Assembly (NCBI RefSeq): GCF_964355755.1
Contig: NC_092671.1
Location: 806,001-870,000, forward strand
Direction: 5' to 3'
DNA length: 64,000 nucleotides
Source of the DNA: Antedon mediterranea
Lineage: Eukaryota; Animalia; Echinodermata
A program made the position numbers and the translations under genes. The notes below the pieces were generated by a model that was given only the letters and a program-made list of their open reading frames with translations, did not search any database and was not told the DNA's origin. Shown here one piece after another: positions 13,201-24,805 of this stretch (its first letter is position 1; the number at the start of each line of letters is the position of its first letter).

Positions 13201-16200
13201 TGGACATTAAAAAGGCAAAACCATCATCACAAAAAAGATTGAATTACCGTAGGCCGTAACAATTGAATTTGCTTGCATTACAATTTACAATAATACTTAA
13301 AAAATCATTAAATTATCTTATTTTCAATTCATTAAAACATTTTATAAATAAATTTGTTATCATTTTTATTTTCGTGAATAATACTGTGTTTAAATAAATG
13401 AAATTGGCATATTTTATATGTTACCATTAATGTGCAGCATCACAAATGAAACTATCATTTAAGTTTAATCTGTTTTTTACATAATGACTACCGCACTACG
13501 GGTCACTCATCCACAGTTGTACAGTATGTACAAATAAGTCCAGATAATCAACAATCAATTCTGACCTACAATCATTATTATTCTGATAAGTAAAAGGAAT
13601 TTTAAACCACAAACACTTTGTAATTCATCCACAGGGATGCTTGAATTTTTCTCTTGTAAAATGACAATTAAGTATCAGATTTAAACCAATCAGAGCAAAG
13701 GAAGCGACATAGAATATTGGCATGCTGCCAGTGCCAATGATGAACTGACCCAATGATGCTGCATTGCTAATAAAACAATACTTACAAACTTGTACATTAC
13801 CGTATTTACATTACTGTACATGGTTAGATTACAAGTACAAAGGAAATACGATACAAAAGTAAACAAAAATTGTATTTAACACTGGATTAACTATAATAAG
13901 GTCATCTAGTTAATTAAAATCTATTTTAGTAAATGCTGTAAATAGTGTATTCAAGTAATCTGACCAATCCAGCTCAATGGCCATCTGAACTGTCGCTTGC
14001 GATTGGTCAACTCAATTGCGTTGCAATGCTCCTACAATATTGCGTTGCAAGTGAGAACCAAGCTGTAAATAAGGCTTAAAATTTAAAGCTCTGTCTCTAA
14101 ATACTATAAATTAGACATATTTTACATCTTACTGTATATCTGAAATGAGACACACTTGAATTTCAACATTTTTTTACAAACAAAAATAATGTACTGTATA
14201 GCCATAGCATACTGTTAATATCATTCAATAAATAATCTGTCATCACCTCAATCAAAATCTTTCTTTCTTTATGTACAGTACTGTAGGCCTACAATGAGCA
14301 GGCATTTCTTAGAAATGTAATTGTTGTTGTACCCACCACAAGCCTGTTGTTGGGTTCATGATGCAGTTCACTGCTTGCTTCTATAACAAGGTAATGGCGC
14401 CGTACACACACATCCGATTAAAATTGAAGAAATTCTACCAATTCAATTTTCTCATTGATTTAAAATTTTTCATGTCATCATAAAAAATACAGTAAGCCTA
14501 AGTACTGTATGTTAAGGGCCCACTACACAGTAATACAGATATTAATTTTACAGTTCATGATATCAATGAAATTCAATATCCTATTTTACCCGGGTAGTAA
14601 CAAAGTGCGAGGCAGCGAGGCACGCGAGGCAGGGAAGGCATGCGAGGCAAGTCAGAAATTTATGCGAGGCATCGTTTTACCATCATCAAAAAATGCGAGG
14701 CATCATTTTATCATTTCTCAAAATTGCAAGGCAGGAAATCACCGAAATTGAAGTAGCCTAGGCCTAGGCCTAGGCCCGCTAGGCTAGTTTCCTTTTGCAC
14801 CTGCCTTGTATTTTAACCAACTTTATCCTGAATACCACAGCTTATTAGAATTAGTAGGCCTACTTTAATGAAGAAAAATCACATAAAAGTAACAATAAAT
14901 CCATTAAATTGGTGATTTTACAGACGTTGTTTTTCTCGCATTTCGCACACTCAATGTTCAATATTTTGGTTTCTATGGAACGCCAAAAGAGCAAAATTAA
15001 TTAGAGGGCTAAAAACTCTGTGGAATCCATTTATATTTAACGCATTATTTGGTGAAAATCAAGTACAATTTCAATAGATTTTGTCACTGTCAGTAAGGAA
15101 AAATGTTACTGTTGATAATGTACACGGTTTAAAATAGAAAAATTCATCATAATATCCTTAGTAGGATGTCCTAGGTCTAGACTAGGTAGTGATGTTGATT
15201 TAGGATCGATTATTATTCTTTGAAAACAGTATCAGCAGTAACATATTACAACATTTTTATTGACAAATTAACAAATATATTGAAATAAAACGTGTTTTTC
15301 ACCAATAAATGCATGAGAAATTGACGCATTCCACTGAGTTTTAGTCCTCTATTATCGTTGCTCTTTTGGCGCTCCATAGAAACAAAAATATTGAACATTG
15401 AATAAGTGAAATTCGCGAACAGTGTGCGAGAAACACGACTGTAAAATCATTAATTTAAGGATTTATTTGTTACTTTTTATGTGATTCTTTCATTAAAGTA
15501 CTCATGAGGTATACTTCTAAGGTGTGGTATATACACGATAAAGTTAGTTATTTATCAAATTTGGAGTAAAAATACAAGCGAAGGAAACTAGCGCCAGGTT
15601 TATTAGTACGTACATGGACAACAATAAATAAAAATCGTTCGTAATATACCTAGCTTACTAAAACAGGAATAGTGTATCATTATTAAATATTACACCAATT
15701 ATTATTTTATCAAAATTGATTAGATTATTTTCTACATAGGCCTCTTATCTAGGTTAGGGCTAAGCATATTAGCTAAAGTTTAATTTTAGGCCTAGTATTA
15801 CAAGTCTTTTTTCACACGCGCTCCAGAATTCTGTTGCAATTTTTTTCTTTGCGGCATGTTATTGGATCGGCATATCAGTTACCTTTTATTCACCGCCAGT
15901 TATTGAACTTGTCCTGGCAATCGCTGTTCACTTTATTTGCGAGAGAGGTACACGTGTTGTTCCTAGAGAATGGAATGTCAAAAAATGTCTTTGGCACGCC
16001 GCTCAGAGAGAAGTCTGTGCGTTGCTGCTGAAACCACGTGCTACATATAGGAGGGGAATGCACCACAATCCTCTGAGCTGAGGGCTGAATCATTCCGCTA
16101 CCTGCTAAATAGTAAAGAGGGATTTTCCATCTCTCGGGTCTACCGGATCTAGGCGCAGGGGTGTGACAAAATATTATTTTCACTCTGCTATGTTCGAGAG

Positions 16201-19200
16201 ACACGTGAGTAAAATAAAATAAACAACATGATGAGTGTATACACGAATCTATTTAGATACACTTGTATCGATTGATTATTAGGCCTATAATATAGCATAA
16301 TAGCACGTTAAGATATGCCTCGCACCTTTTTGAAATTGTAAACTATATGCCTCGCATGCCTCGCACTTTTGGAAATGATAAAATGATGCCTCGCACAAAT
16401 ATTTGGCATGCCGCGCTTGCCTCGCTGCCTCGCACTTTGTCAACACTCATTTTACCCAAAGGTCATTGAAACATATAAACTACAATTAACACAAATCTAT
16501 CAAAAAATAGTACATTTCAGAATAAATAAGTTTAAATCATTCATATCTGAGTAAAGTGCTTAATACACAAATATAGAGGTCATATAAAAAAGTAAAACAT
16601 TCTAATTAAATGAAGTACAATTACAGTATACAGTTTTTATTATTATTTTTTTTTAAATTATAACTCATAAATGTTTATTTCCCTACTATTAAAATACAAG
16701 CTAGTTATAATTTAAAAAATAAACACTTTCTCTATTACTTGTTTCTTGAGATATTCTGAAATGAAGGTATAGGTTTGTCGGAGAGATGTCCAGTGTGTGG
16801 TTGCTCATTCTGAACTACCCTTTAGTACAGTATCATAGACCATATCTAACCTTTAACCTACAGTAACCTTACAGTACAGGACACAGGCACCACATGTGAT
16901 ACATACTGTATGAGATGCTGTATTATGGAAGTTTCCTATGATATTGGGCAAATATTGTCATATGTAGAGATACAGTCCTGTGAAACAGGAGCTCACTGCA
17001 ATATTGTTGAACATTGTGCAAGTATTAATAAATGTTAACTGTACTCATAGACTATAGAGATCACTACAGTAGCTTGTAGAGTGTAGAATGCCAGGTTACC
17101 ATAGTATTTGATTATTGTGAATTGTACAGCATATCAAAATACATAATTAAAAGCTTTGTAATGACGGTCATTAAATCCAGACCATCTGTCATGCAATCAT
17201 TGTCCAGTGTTTACTACTACATAACTACGTAAGATGGACATGAGAATGCATTGTCCAGTGTTTACTAACTTAAACTACTGTACGTAAGATGGACATGAGA
17301 ATGCATTGTCCAGTGTTTACTAACTTAAACTACGTAAGATGGACATGAGAATGCATTGTCCAGTGTTTACTAACTTAAACTACGTAAGATGGACATGAGA
17401 ATGCATTGTCCAGTGTTTACTACTACATAACTACAGTAAGCAAGATGGACATGAGAATGCATTGTCCAGTGTTTACTAACTTAAACTACGTAAGATGGAC
17501 ATGAGAATGCATTGTCCAGTGTTTACTAACTTAAACTACGTAAGATGGACATGAGAATGCATTGTCCAGTGTTTACTACTACATGACTAAGCAAGATGGA
17601 CATGAGAATGCATTGTCCAGTGTTTACTAACTTAAACTACTGTACACAATATGAATCTAGTTAAGCAACATAAAAGGAATTTTTTTTCGCAAATAATTTA
17701 TGTTTTTGTTGTTTTAAATTTTTTTATATATTTTGCAATTGTATAATTTAATATAATAATAATATACCGCATTTATATACCGTAGTGGCCTTTGTATCTT
17801 CTCTCATCATAAATGAATATAAGTTGGACATAAAGACGTACTTACCAGCAATGGTCAAATATGCTTTTTTGCTGCATTCAGTCCCAATAATTCCACTTGT
17901 GATATTTTTATCAACACAACACTGATATTGTCCCTCATCAGTTACACCAGATTTTTTCCCACGTACATATGAGAAATATAAAGATCCATTACTTAGAATT
18001 TGATGGCGGTTACTTAACTCCATAGTTTGTCCATCTTTTTTCCATGTAACTTTCCCGATGGCGCCAGATAAGTCTGGTTGCGGAATGCAATCCCAGCGGA
18101 AAGCGAACGATTTAGTTATTATCACATCCTGAGGATCTTGGATAAATCCTAATTCCTGAGAATTTGTATGTCCTGAAACAATTAGGAAAATTATTTTTTT
18201 TTTATTTAATTTATAAAATCTATTATTAGAAAAAACATGGAGCTATAAATGTTAAAAATAATTGCTGTTCAGGAATATTTTTTTTCATTTCATCTTTTAT
18301 TTCGGAAGTAATAATACAGAGTACAACATTTTCCATAGCTCAAGAAAAAATTTGTGTCAACATTATTATAAATATAAAGAAAAAAAGTATATATAAAATA
18401 AACCGATGCCACATATAAATGGTCCATTAAAAATGTGGTCCCTGAATAATAATTTGGTCACTTATAGTACTTCAATATAGTATCAATTCCTTAATAATTC
18501 AAAATATGGGCCCTAATTATGCTGTAGGGTAGTCCTAGTGAGTAAGCCTATTATAAATTTGGTAATTTAAAACGTCACTTAAAGCCCCATTCCCTACGTT
18601 TTTTAGATCTAATTTAAGATCACAAACTATATTTAATGTAAAAATAATACTATATGGTCCTATTGCGATAACTTTTTTCGTCTTTAAACGGTTAAAAATG
18701 TGAAAAATAAATCGATTCTAATAATTATAGCGGCCCGCTATAAATCCCAAAATGCATTGCGCGCGGATTGATATTTTTGTTTTTCACCTGTAATTCGCCC
18801 ACTTTTCGATCGACCGTGAAGCCAAAACAAATGGAAGACTCCTAACTTTTCAGCGAAAATACCGGGTTTTCCCCAATTTGTATCAACGGAGTCTGGCAAA
18901 AATAGAAAGACAATTAATGCAGCAACTATACAACGTCAGGCTAGGTATATAGCTAGCGTACGATGTTCGTACGTTATCGATGTTTACCAGCTAGGCCTAC
19001 AAAACTAAGCCTAGCTAGGCTAGGCCTAAGACCGTCCACGAGAGGTCGATTGCCGCGAGCTACTTAGGTAGTGCATTGTTTCTCACTTTTTATCATAATT
19101 TACCATAAAACGTACATTTAAGACAAGGAATGACATGGTTTAATGTTTTTAAAGTGATATATATGTATTATTTTCCAAAAAACGTCCAAAATTGCAGGGA

Positions 19201-19792
19201 GGGGTCTTTAAGTTTTCACCATAAATTTCAAATAAAACAATAAATTATTAATAAATAACATTTTCCCAAATTTGAATTATTACCCTCCACAACATATTAT
19301 CTTAGCATAAAATAAATAACCAAAAAAAAACCTCTAACCATTCCACAAAACAATCAAATGTATAAACACATAAGGGAATTCCATCACAACGAACGACCAT
19401 CATAACATGACACTACGCGATGCATGTGTTATGTGTCATATTAACAATAGCCTAATCATGTCAATCGCCACAATATTTTACAGTTCATACAAAATGAAAA
19501 CACGTTATTTATATTAAAAAGTATTATCACATAAATAAAGTAAATGATAACATTCAACTTTTCAGCCTTCTCTTGGGAAAATATTCAATTGATAACAGTA
19601 TAACTTTCAAGCGAACACTTCACTGCTCTAAATTTCTCGCGATCTATCATGTCTCAGCCAGGCCTAGGTAAAAGAGGATTATTTGGTCAATTTACCAACA
19701 TCACAAGGAATAATATAATAATGCTCACCTGAGAGTAAAACGAAAATGATCACGAAGATCAAACACGACCAAAATGCGTCCATCGACGCCAT
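908..19792 (-). CDS. Gene A: protogenin/DCC-neogenin-family Ig-FN3 cell-surface receptor (5' part; continues off the left edge)
   Basis: Nine exons joined in frame with GT-AG borders: 19729-19792, 17846-18172, 12036-12201, 10778-11049, 5727-5885, 3886-4167, 1961-2089, 1420-1572, 908-1213. They encode a signal peptide, four Ig domains (C..W..D.G.Y.C) and two FN3 domains; exon phases match gene B. Confidence 0.88.
1420..1572 (-). CDS. Gene A exon 8, FN3-1 C-half
   Basis: Hand translation ...KLHPFTNYTIYVLAYNSNGVSDPS...RTQPD; tgtag acceptor, gtaag donor. Confidence 0.88.
1961..2089 (-). CDS. Gene A exon 7, FN3-1 N-half
   Basis: RPDPPFNVQVEASDSQKLLVTW...GYGVHY; phase 1-1. Confidence 0.88.
2147..2525. 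repeat. Minisatellite, 30/35-bp unit (aatgcatcaatactgctacagtactgtact[gtact]gg)
   Basis: About 11 direct copies. Confidence 0.95.
2720..2806. repeat. Purine-rich 12-bp repeat (ggagaggtgaat)
   Basis: Degenerate tandem copies. Confidence 0.8.
2838..3181 (+). mobile_element. Composite SINE: 5S rRNA-derived head, tRNA-like segment, CORE-like box and (AATACA)n tail
   Basis: 5S-like 2841-2952; A box TGGTGTAATGG 2968-2978; B box GGTTCGAGG 3008-3016; ccttaggcaagatgctttactctcattgcct 3041-3071; tandem tail 3152-3181. Confidence 0.7.
2841..2952 (+). pseudogene. 5S rRNA-derived sequence (pseudogene or SINE head)
   Basis: ggccatactgcgttgaaacaccggttctcgtcagatcaccgaagttaagcaacgttgggcccggtt...tggatgggagaccg...ggtgctgta follows the metazoan 5S sequence but has indels, a missing 5' end and no oligo-T terminator. 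Confidence 0.85.
3886..4167 (-). CDS. Gene A exon 6, Ig4
   Basis: APPIIEEPP...LRCRAIGQPKPKITWYKNG...DTGIYQCFAENPVG. Confidence 0.92.
5727..5885 (-). CDS. Gene A exon 5, Ig3 C-half
   Basis: DGKIVEL...GRNNLML...DDSGLYFC; AG/GT borders. Confidence 0.9.
6658..8169. repeat. Minisatellite, 21-bp unit aactgtgatagaccgcaatg(c/t), about 72 copies
   Basis: Near-perfect tandem array; source of the long spurious ORFs. Confidence 0.98.
9049..10067 (-). mobile_element. Penelope-like element (PLE), 5'-truncated, with GIY-YIG endonuclease and inverted pseudo-LTR
   Basis: ORF part 9183-9854 has GVIYEVTCRNCPQVYIGETGRALQTRINDH; perfect 213-bp inverted repeats 9082-9294 and 9855-10067; extra 3' tail 9049-9081; flanking direct repeat ctatgtatttaa 9037-9048 and 10064-10075. 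Confidence 0.92.
9981..10014 (+). ncRNA. Candidate minimal hammerhead ribozyme in the PLE pLTR (mirror copy 9135-9168 on minus strand)
   Basis: TTGAGAA-g-GATCTC-tgata-GAGATC-GAAACGTT: CUGANGA core with a U3/A8 swap, 6-bp stem II, palindromic stem III; stem I is poor. Confidence 0.55.
10778..11049 (-). CDS. Gene A exon 4, Ig2 C-half and Ig3 N-half
   Basis: FTVLPGGALQI...GEYRCVVQNIAG...VVMEC; phase 2 to 1. Confidence 0.9.
12036..12201 (-). CDS. Gene A exon 3, Ig2 N-half
   Basis: KPIFTSLPEP...GGVARFFCGIDAAPPATVKW; phase 1 to 2. Confidence 0.88.
12950..13120. repeat. Tandem repeat, about 56-bp unit x3
   Basis: caaggtttactgtatgaccatagagatactgtactgtattatagtgaactactgta. Confidence 0.9.
14592..16448. 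mobile_element. Non-autonomous Mutator/MULE-like DNA transposon
   Basis: 9-bp TSD attttaccc (14583-14591 and 16449-16457); G-starting imperfect TIRs (acaaagtgcgaggcagcgaggca) with repeated tgcgaggca subterminal motifs over more than 100 bp. Confidence 0.8.
14783..15592. repeat. About 800-bp degenerate palindrome (foldback/MITE) nested in the MULE
   Basis: Ends gctagtttcctt / aaggaaactagc; 14953-14995 is the reverse complement of 15358-15400 with 2 mismatches. Confidence 0.8.
17198..17640. repeat. Minisatellite, about 50-bp unit (cattgtccagtgtttactaacttaaactacgtaagatggacatgagaatg)
   Basis: About 8 copies. Confidence 0.93.
17846..18172 (-). CDS. Gene A exon 2, Ig1
   Basis: FIQDPQDV...WDC...VTWKKDG...LSNGSLY...DEGQYQC; ttcag acceptor, gtaag donor; 327 nt. 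Confidence 0.9.
18583..19207. mobile_element. Non-autonomous Kolobok-like DNA transposon, copy 1
   Basis: TTAA on both sides (18579-18582, 19208-19211), AG...CT termini, imperfect TIR; closely similar reverse complement of 41031-41656. Confidence 0.8.
19729..19792 (-). CDS. Gene A exon 1, signal peptide MASMDAFWSCLIFVIIFVLLSG
   Basis: ATG, hydrophobic stretch, phase-1 donor G|GTGAG that joins exon 2 in frame. Confidence 0.8.
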
Positions 19793-20295
19793 GGGCAAAC
19801 GGTCATCACCCAACACAAACTGGAAATACAATGGCCAAATCTATAACGACGGTGTCCAGTTAGGTTCATAATCAAATTTGTTTTCTCACCAAAATCGTCA
19901 GTTCAAGGCCCCTCTCAGACCACACGACACTGACCTCTAAATATAGCACTTAAATGTAGTGGATATCCACCCTCTGGCCCAGCTGCGATTGATTTACACA
20001 CAAAATGATACCCAACCAACTTGAGGGCGCAGTATACAAAAATGACCCAGCACACTAATTTTTGTACTTCTCCTACAATATAAGAGGAAATAGAAAACGC
20101 ATTTCCATTTTCATTTATTCTTTATATCAAACCAACAGGGTACAACACCAATAACAGGTTGAAAATAAAAGCTAAACTATAAAATATGAGCCAATATAAA
20201 TATATACAAATGAAAAAGAAAATTTAAATAATTTCATTAATAATACATTTAAATTGAGAAAAATTACAGTTAAAAATATCTAAAGAATTATTTTT

Positions 20296-20544
20296 TTAAA
20301 TACAAGAATTGTACAATGACGAGAGTATACAGAAAATACCATTTTTACAAACATTGACACAAGAAAATTTAACATGAAGAAAGGGTTTACTACGAAGATT
20401 ACGAACAGGAACATTAAAATAAAACAACGAAACAAGATCACAATCAAACTTAGAAGTAAGACATTTATACAGGAAGTGCAAGTCCTGTCTTGCTCTCCTA
20501 GATGTCGGGGAAACAATAGGAGGCAGGCAGGTTTCCAAATGCAT
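20296..20544 (-). mobile_element. 3' fragment of a CR1/L2/Jockey-group LINE RT ORF
   Basis: SRRARQDLHFLYKCL..KFDC.LVSLFYFNVPVRNLRS resembles the C-terminus of non-LTR ORF2. Confidence 0.6.
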
Positions 20545-21034
20545 GTGTTTTTACTCCATGGTTTTTGACATGCGTACCCTACTTCCTTTTTAGTCATTTT
20601 AATAAGTTTTATAGAGTTTTAATGTGTGTGTCATGTTTTTGTTGAGAGCCGCATAATAACCTCTTGGTGAAACAAATACATAATTAGTCTCTTCGGTTCC
20701 AATATCATCGTTATTTTTGTCTCTTTGATTTGGTTTTGTTTTTAAATACAGAAATAAAGAGTCTCTTAAAACAACATTTGATAAATTGATGGTAGTTTAA
20801 TGATGTATATAATCTCTCCAATAATCATTCTTAATAACCAATTATTATCTCTTATTATTAACTTAACAACTATTAATTAGTTTAGAAACAAGACCACTGA
20901 CATAATATCACTGAGACATAATCCTAACATGGATTCTGTTAGCTTTAATCAAACTGCTTAATACACTATTTTATGGTTTAAATTACATTATAATGTTTGC
21001 TTATTGAGATGGTATGTTGTTATTACTGTTAGTT

Positions 21035-21185
21035 ACTAAATGAACATGACTGGATTCCATTGATGTTGTTAGCACAGTCTTATACTAAATGAACATGACT
21101 GGATTCCATTGATGTTGTTAGCACAGTCTTATACTAAATGAACATGACTGGATTCCATTGATGTTGTTAGCACAGTCTTATACTA
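21035..21185. repeat. Tandem repeat, 49-bp unit x3
   Basis: actaaatgaacatgactggattccattgatgttgttagcacagtcttat. Confidence 0.9.
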
Positions 21186-21877
21186 TACAGTATTTTTATG
21201 CCAGGTATTACATGATGTTTTAATTCAGATTAACAACATTACCCAAATTAATAACTTGATAACTACAGTAAATTAGTTTACCACTGATGGTGATGTAGAT
21301 TAATAGTTTCTACAAAATACAGTCGCTTATATTATTATTGTTAAAATAAGGTAACAACACAATCTATTTAAATACCCAATAATATTGTACTACTCCTCCG
21401 TTTAAGACCGGCGTTAACTGCTGAATTTTGCAAATTTTCACTAAAATTAATTAATCGTGTAGATCAATTATTTGTGTAATAAATGTTAATTATTATGTTT
21501 ATATAAACAGTACATTAATGAATAGAGAGATTCACTAACAACATCAGATTAGCAAGAGTTTTCATCAGAAGTATAGGTACCACACGGCATGTCTGCCAAA
21601 ATGTTTTTCTTTTTAATACAAATATTAATCTGAATCACTGAGGAATTTACTTATGTAGGAAATAACATTGCTTCTACTAATTAAAACAACTTAGTTTAAT
21701 TTTAATTCTACTCAATATCAACTTTATTGATACATTGAGTGGAAGGAAATACAAGATTCACACATACAATGTATAAAATGTTGTGTTGTGCCTCTTCTAA
21801 TATTTTATCATCAGTCTTAAGCCTGCACTTAGGCACTTAGGAAAATGAAAGTTTGGTAAGCAACAGCCTCAAGACAA

Positions 21878-22230
21878 ACAAGCATCAAGTAGTATGGAGG
21901 ACTCATTGATCAAAAGTAATCTTTACCAGCCTAGCTAGCAGAGCTTGCTGAATAAAATACCCAACAAGCATCAAGTAGTATTGAGGACTCATTGATCAAA
22001 AGTAATCTTTACCAGCCTAGCTAGCAGAGCTTGCTGAATAAAATACCCAACATGCATCAAGTAGTATGGAGGACTCATTGATCAAAAGTAATCTTTACCA
22101 GCCTAGCTAGCAGAGCTTGCTGAATAAAATACCCAACATGCATCAAGTAGTATGGAGGACTCATTGATCAAAAGTAATCTTTACCAGCCTAGCTAGCAGA
22201 GCTTGCTGAATAAAATACCCAACATGCATC
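21878..22230. repeat. Tandem repeat, about 86-bp unit x4
   Basis: gcatcaagtagtatggaggactcattgatcaaaagtaatctttaccagcctagctagcagagcttgctgaataaaatacccaac. Confidence 0.93.
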
Positions 22231-23568
22231 ATCATTATGTGTATGTGTGAATCTAGTAAAAAAAAAATTTTCATAAAAATTGATCAAAATTATAATCACT
22301 TTTTTTTAAGTGCGACAAAACTTCAACATGCTTTTTAAGCTAAAATTTTAAGATCAGCTGCAACAAGGCAAGGAAAGGGCAATCAAACATATCACAACGT
22401 TTGAGATTACCAAATTGGACAAACATAGTTGAATTGTATTAACAATGGATTTACCAACGTCTTATGTTTGAATTTTTTAGCCTAAATTAGAAAGCGAGAA
22501 TATACTCAAGTATGGGGCTATACTAATCATAAACAGTAGTCTAATTCAAACAATATGACTAGAAGGATGGGGTGATGTCTTAAAAACGCTGGTAATCATT
22601 TTAAATTTTTAATGATTTCATCTATAAAAAAACTGATTTTTTCATTAAAGTTAAACTATAAAATGTAAAATCATCGTTTCAAATCATTTACCCCTCTTGG
22701 AAAGATTTGCATATAAAACTAGATTTTTAACATGCATATCTTTAAAAACATCAAACAAATTTAAAACAATTGCATTGTCATTTGAAGATTAATTTGAGCT
22801 ATCAGTATTTTCTTAAAGACACTATACTTTTAGTATCTATGAATCATATAGAGGTAGACACTCTTCCATGAGTGGACTTCATTGGTAGGGCAGAGAGTGA
22901 GGTATAAAGAAGATTAAAGCAAGGAGATTAGAAATGTAATAAGAATCAACAAGATCAAGTGATTTAGTGGTAGATTTGAGTCTAACACGAGAACAACTTA
23001 AGCATTGCAGTAGTATTTGGTACGAATTAAATCAGAGCTTTTGAAAAAAAAAACAAGATTACATTAAACGAATACAGATATCTACTATTTCTTAAGTTAA
23101 TAGCGTATATTCTCTGGTATAATCCCACCCCATAGAACACAAAATTGGGCCAACTTTACGGGGTAGGACTTATATATCGGGGGAAAGCCTGGTTCAGGAA
23201 AAAAAATGATTGGTAAGCATTTCTTGTAAAAACTCACGTCCAGATCAAAAGTCAATACTGGGACTATACCAAGACAAGAGATATGCCTGTGAATTTAGAC
23301 ACAAAGTAGTGGATGGGATTAGACCCAAAGTGAGATAAAACCCGATGATATACGGTAATAACAAAAGAAATGTTATGATTAAGATAATTGAGTATGTGTA
23401 TGCTTTTGTCCCCCTGACCCAGCAACAAATTGAAAACACAATTGGTACCAACCAGTAATGTTCATCATTAAACATTCAAAACCTGATTATGCTATTTCAT
23501 TAATAATTGATATCTTATTTGTAACAATTACTATAGGAGGATTTAGGCCTACCTTAAATTTCTAAGTG

Positions 23569-23828
23569 TGATGATGATGGTGATGATGATGATGATGGTG
23601 GTGATTATGATGATGATGATGATGATGATGATGATGGTGATAATGATAAAGATGATGATGATGGTGATAATGATAAAGATGATGATAATGTTGATGATGA
23701 TGATGGTGGTGGATGATGATGTATGATGATGATGGTGGATGATGATGACCAAGAAGAGAGATGATGATGATGATGATAGTAAGATGATGATAAAGATGAT
23801 ATGGACGATGATAATAATGATGATGATA
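23569..23828. repeat. (GAT)n degenerate microsatellite
   Basis: Visible triplet run. Confidence 0.95.
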
Positions 23829-24224
23829 TTGTATAGATGTGGCCAATGAAACCTATATCAATATTTTACTCGCTCAATTTTTCATTAAAAAATACTTAAC
23901 TACCTTAAACTACTTACAATACTTGACGCAATAGCATTACATGAGAACACATTTCTGCACTTATTAACCAACCAATCATAATCAATCTTGTACATAAGTC
24001 ATAATACATCATTGGTCAAATTTTTCTTATCTAACAACTAACAAACAAGCCTGAGACTCTGTTAAAATGAGGTAGTAAAAGCGTGATAATATAATACACT
24101 TGTCTATTCCTGTGCTTAACCAATTTTTTTCTTCGTCTCAAAGACAAATTTTTTTTATCAGGAAACTAACATGAACACATTGTGTTCATTTTACCCGTAA
24201 ACATGCTTTCACATTATCAAGAAA

Positions 24225-24805
24225 TGGAGAATTTTTCTCAACACATAAGAAAGTTTCCCATTACATGAGAATGTTTCTCAACACATGAGAAAGTTTCCCA
24301 TTACATGAGAATGTTTCTCAACACATGAGAAAGTTTCCCATTACATGTGAATGTTTCTCAATACATGAGAATGTTTCTCAACACATGAGAAAGTTTCCCA
24401 TTACATGAGAATGTTTCTCAACACATGAGAATGTTTCCCAAGATATGAGAATGTTTCTCAACACATGAGAATGTTTCCCAAGATATGAGAATGTTTCTCA
24501 ACACATGAGAATGTTTCTCAACACATGAGAATGGTTCTCAACACATGAGAATGGTTCTCAACACATGAGAATGTTTCTCAACACATGAGAATGTTTCTCA
24601 ACACATGAGAATGTTTCTCAACACATGAGAATTTTCTCAAGATATGAGAATGTTTCTCAATACATGAGAATGTTTCTCAACACATGAGAATGTTTCCCAA
24701 GACATGAGAATGTTTCCCAAGCCATGAGAATGTTTCCCAAGCCATGAGAATGTTTCCCAACACATGAGAATGTTTCCCAACACATATGAGAATGTTTCCC
24801 AAAAC
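24225..24805. repeat. Minisatellite, 20-bp unit (catgagaatgtttctcaaca)
   Basis: About 29 copies; unit contains a tgagaa/ttctca hairpin. Confidence 0.95.

Noticed and set aside
23549-23846. Poly-His/poly-Ile ORFs (also 28505-28982)
   Set aside because: (GAT)n microsatellite.
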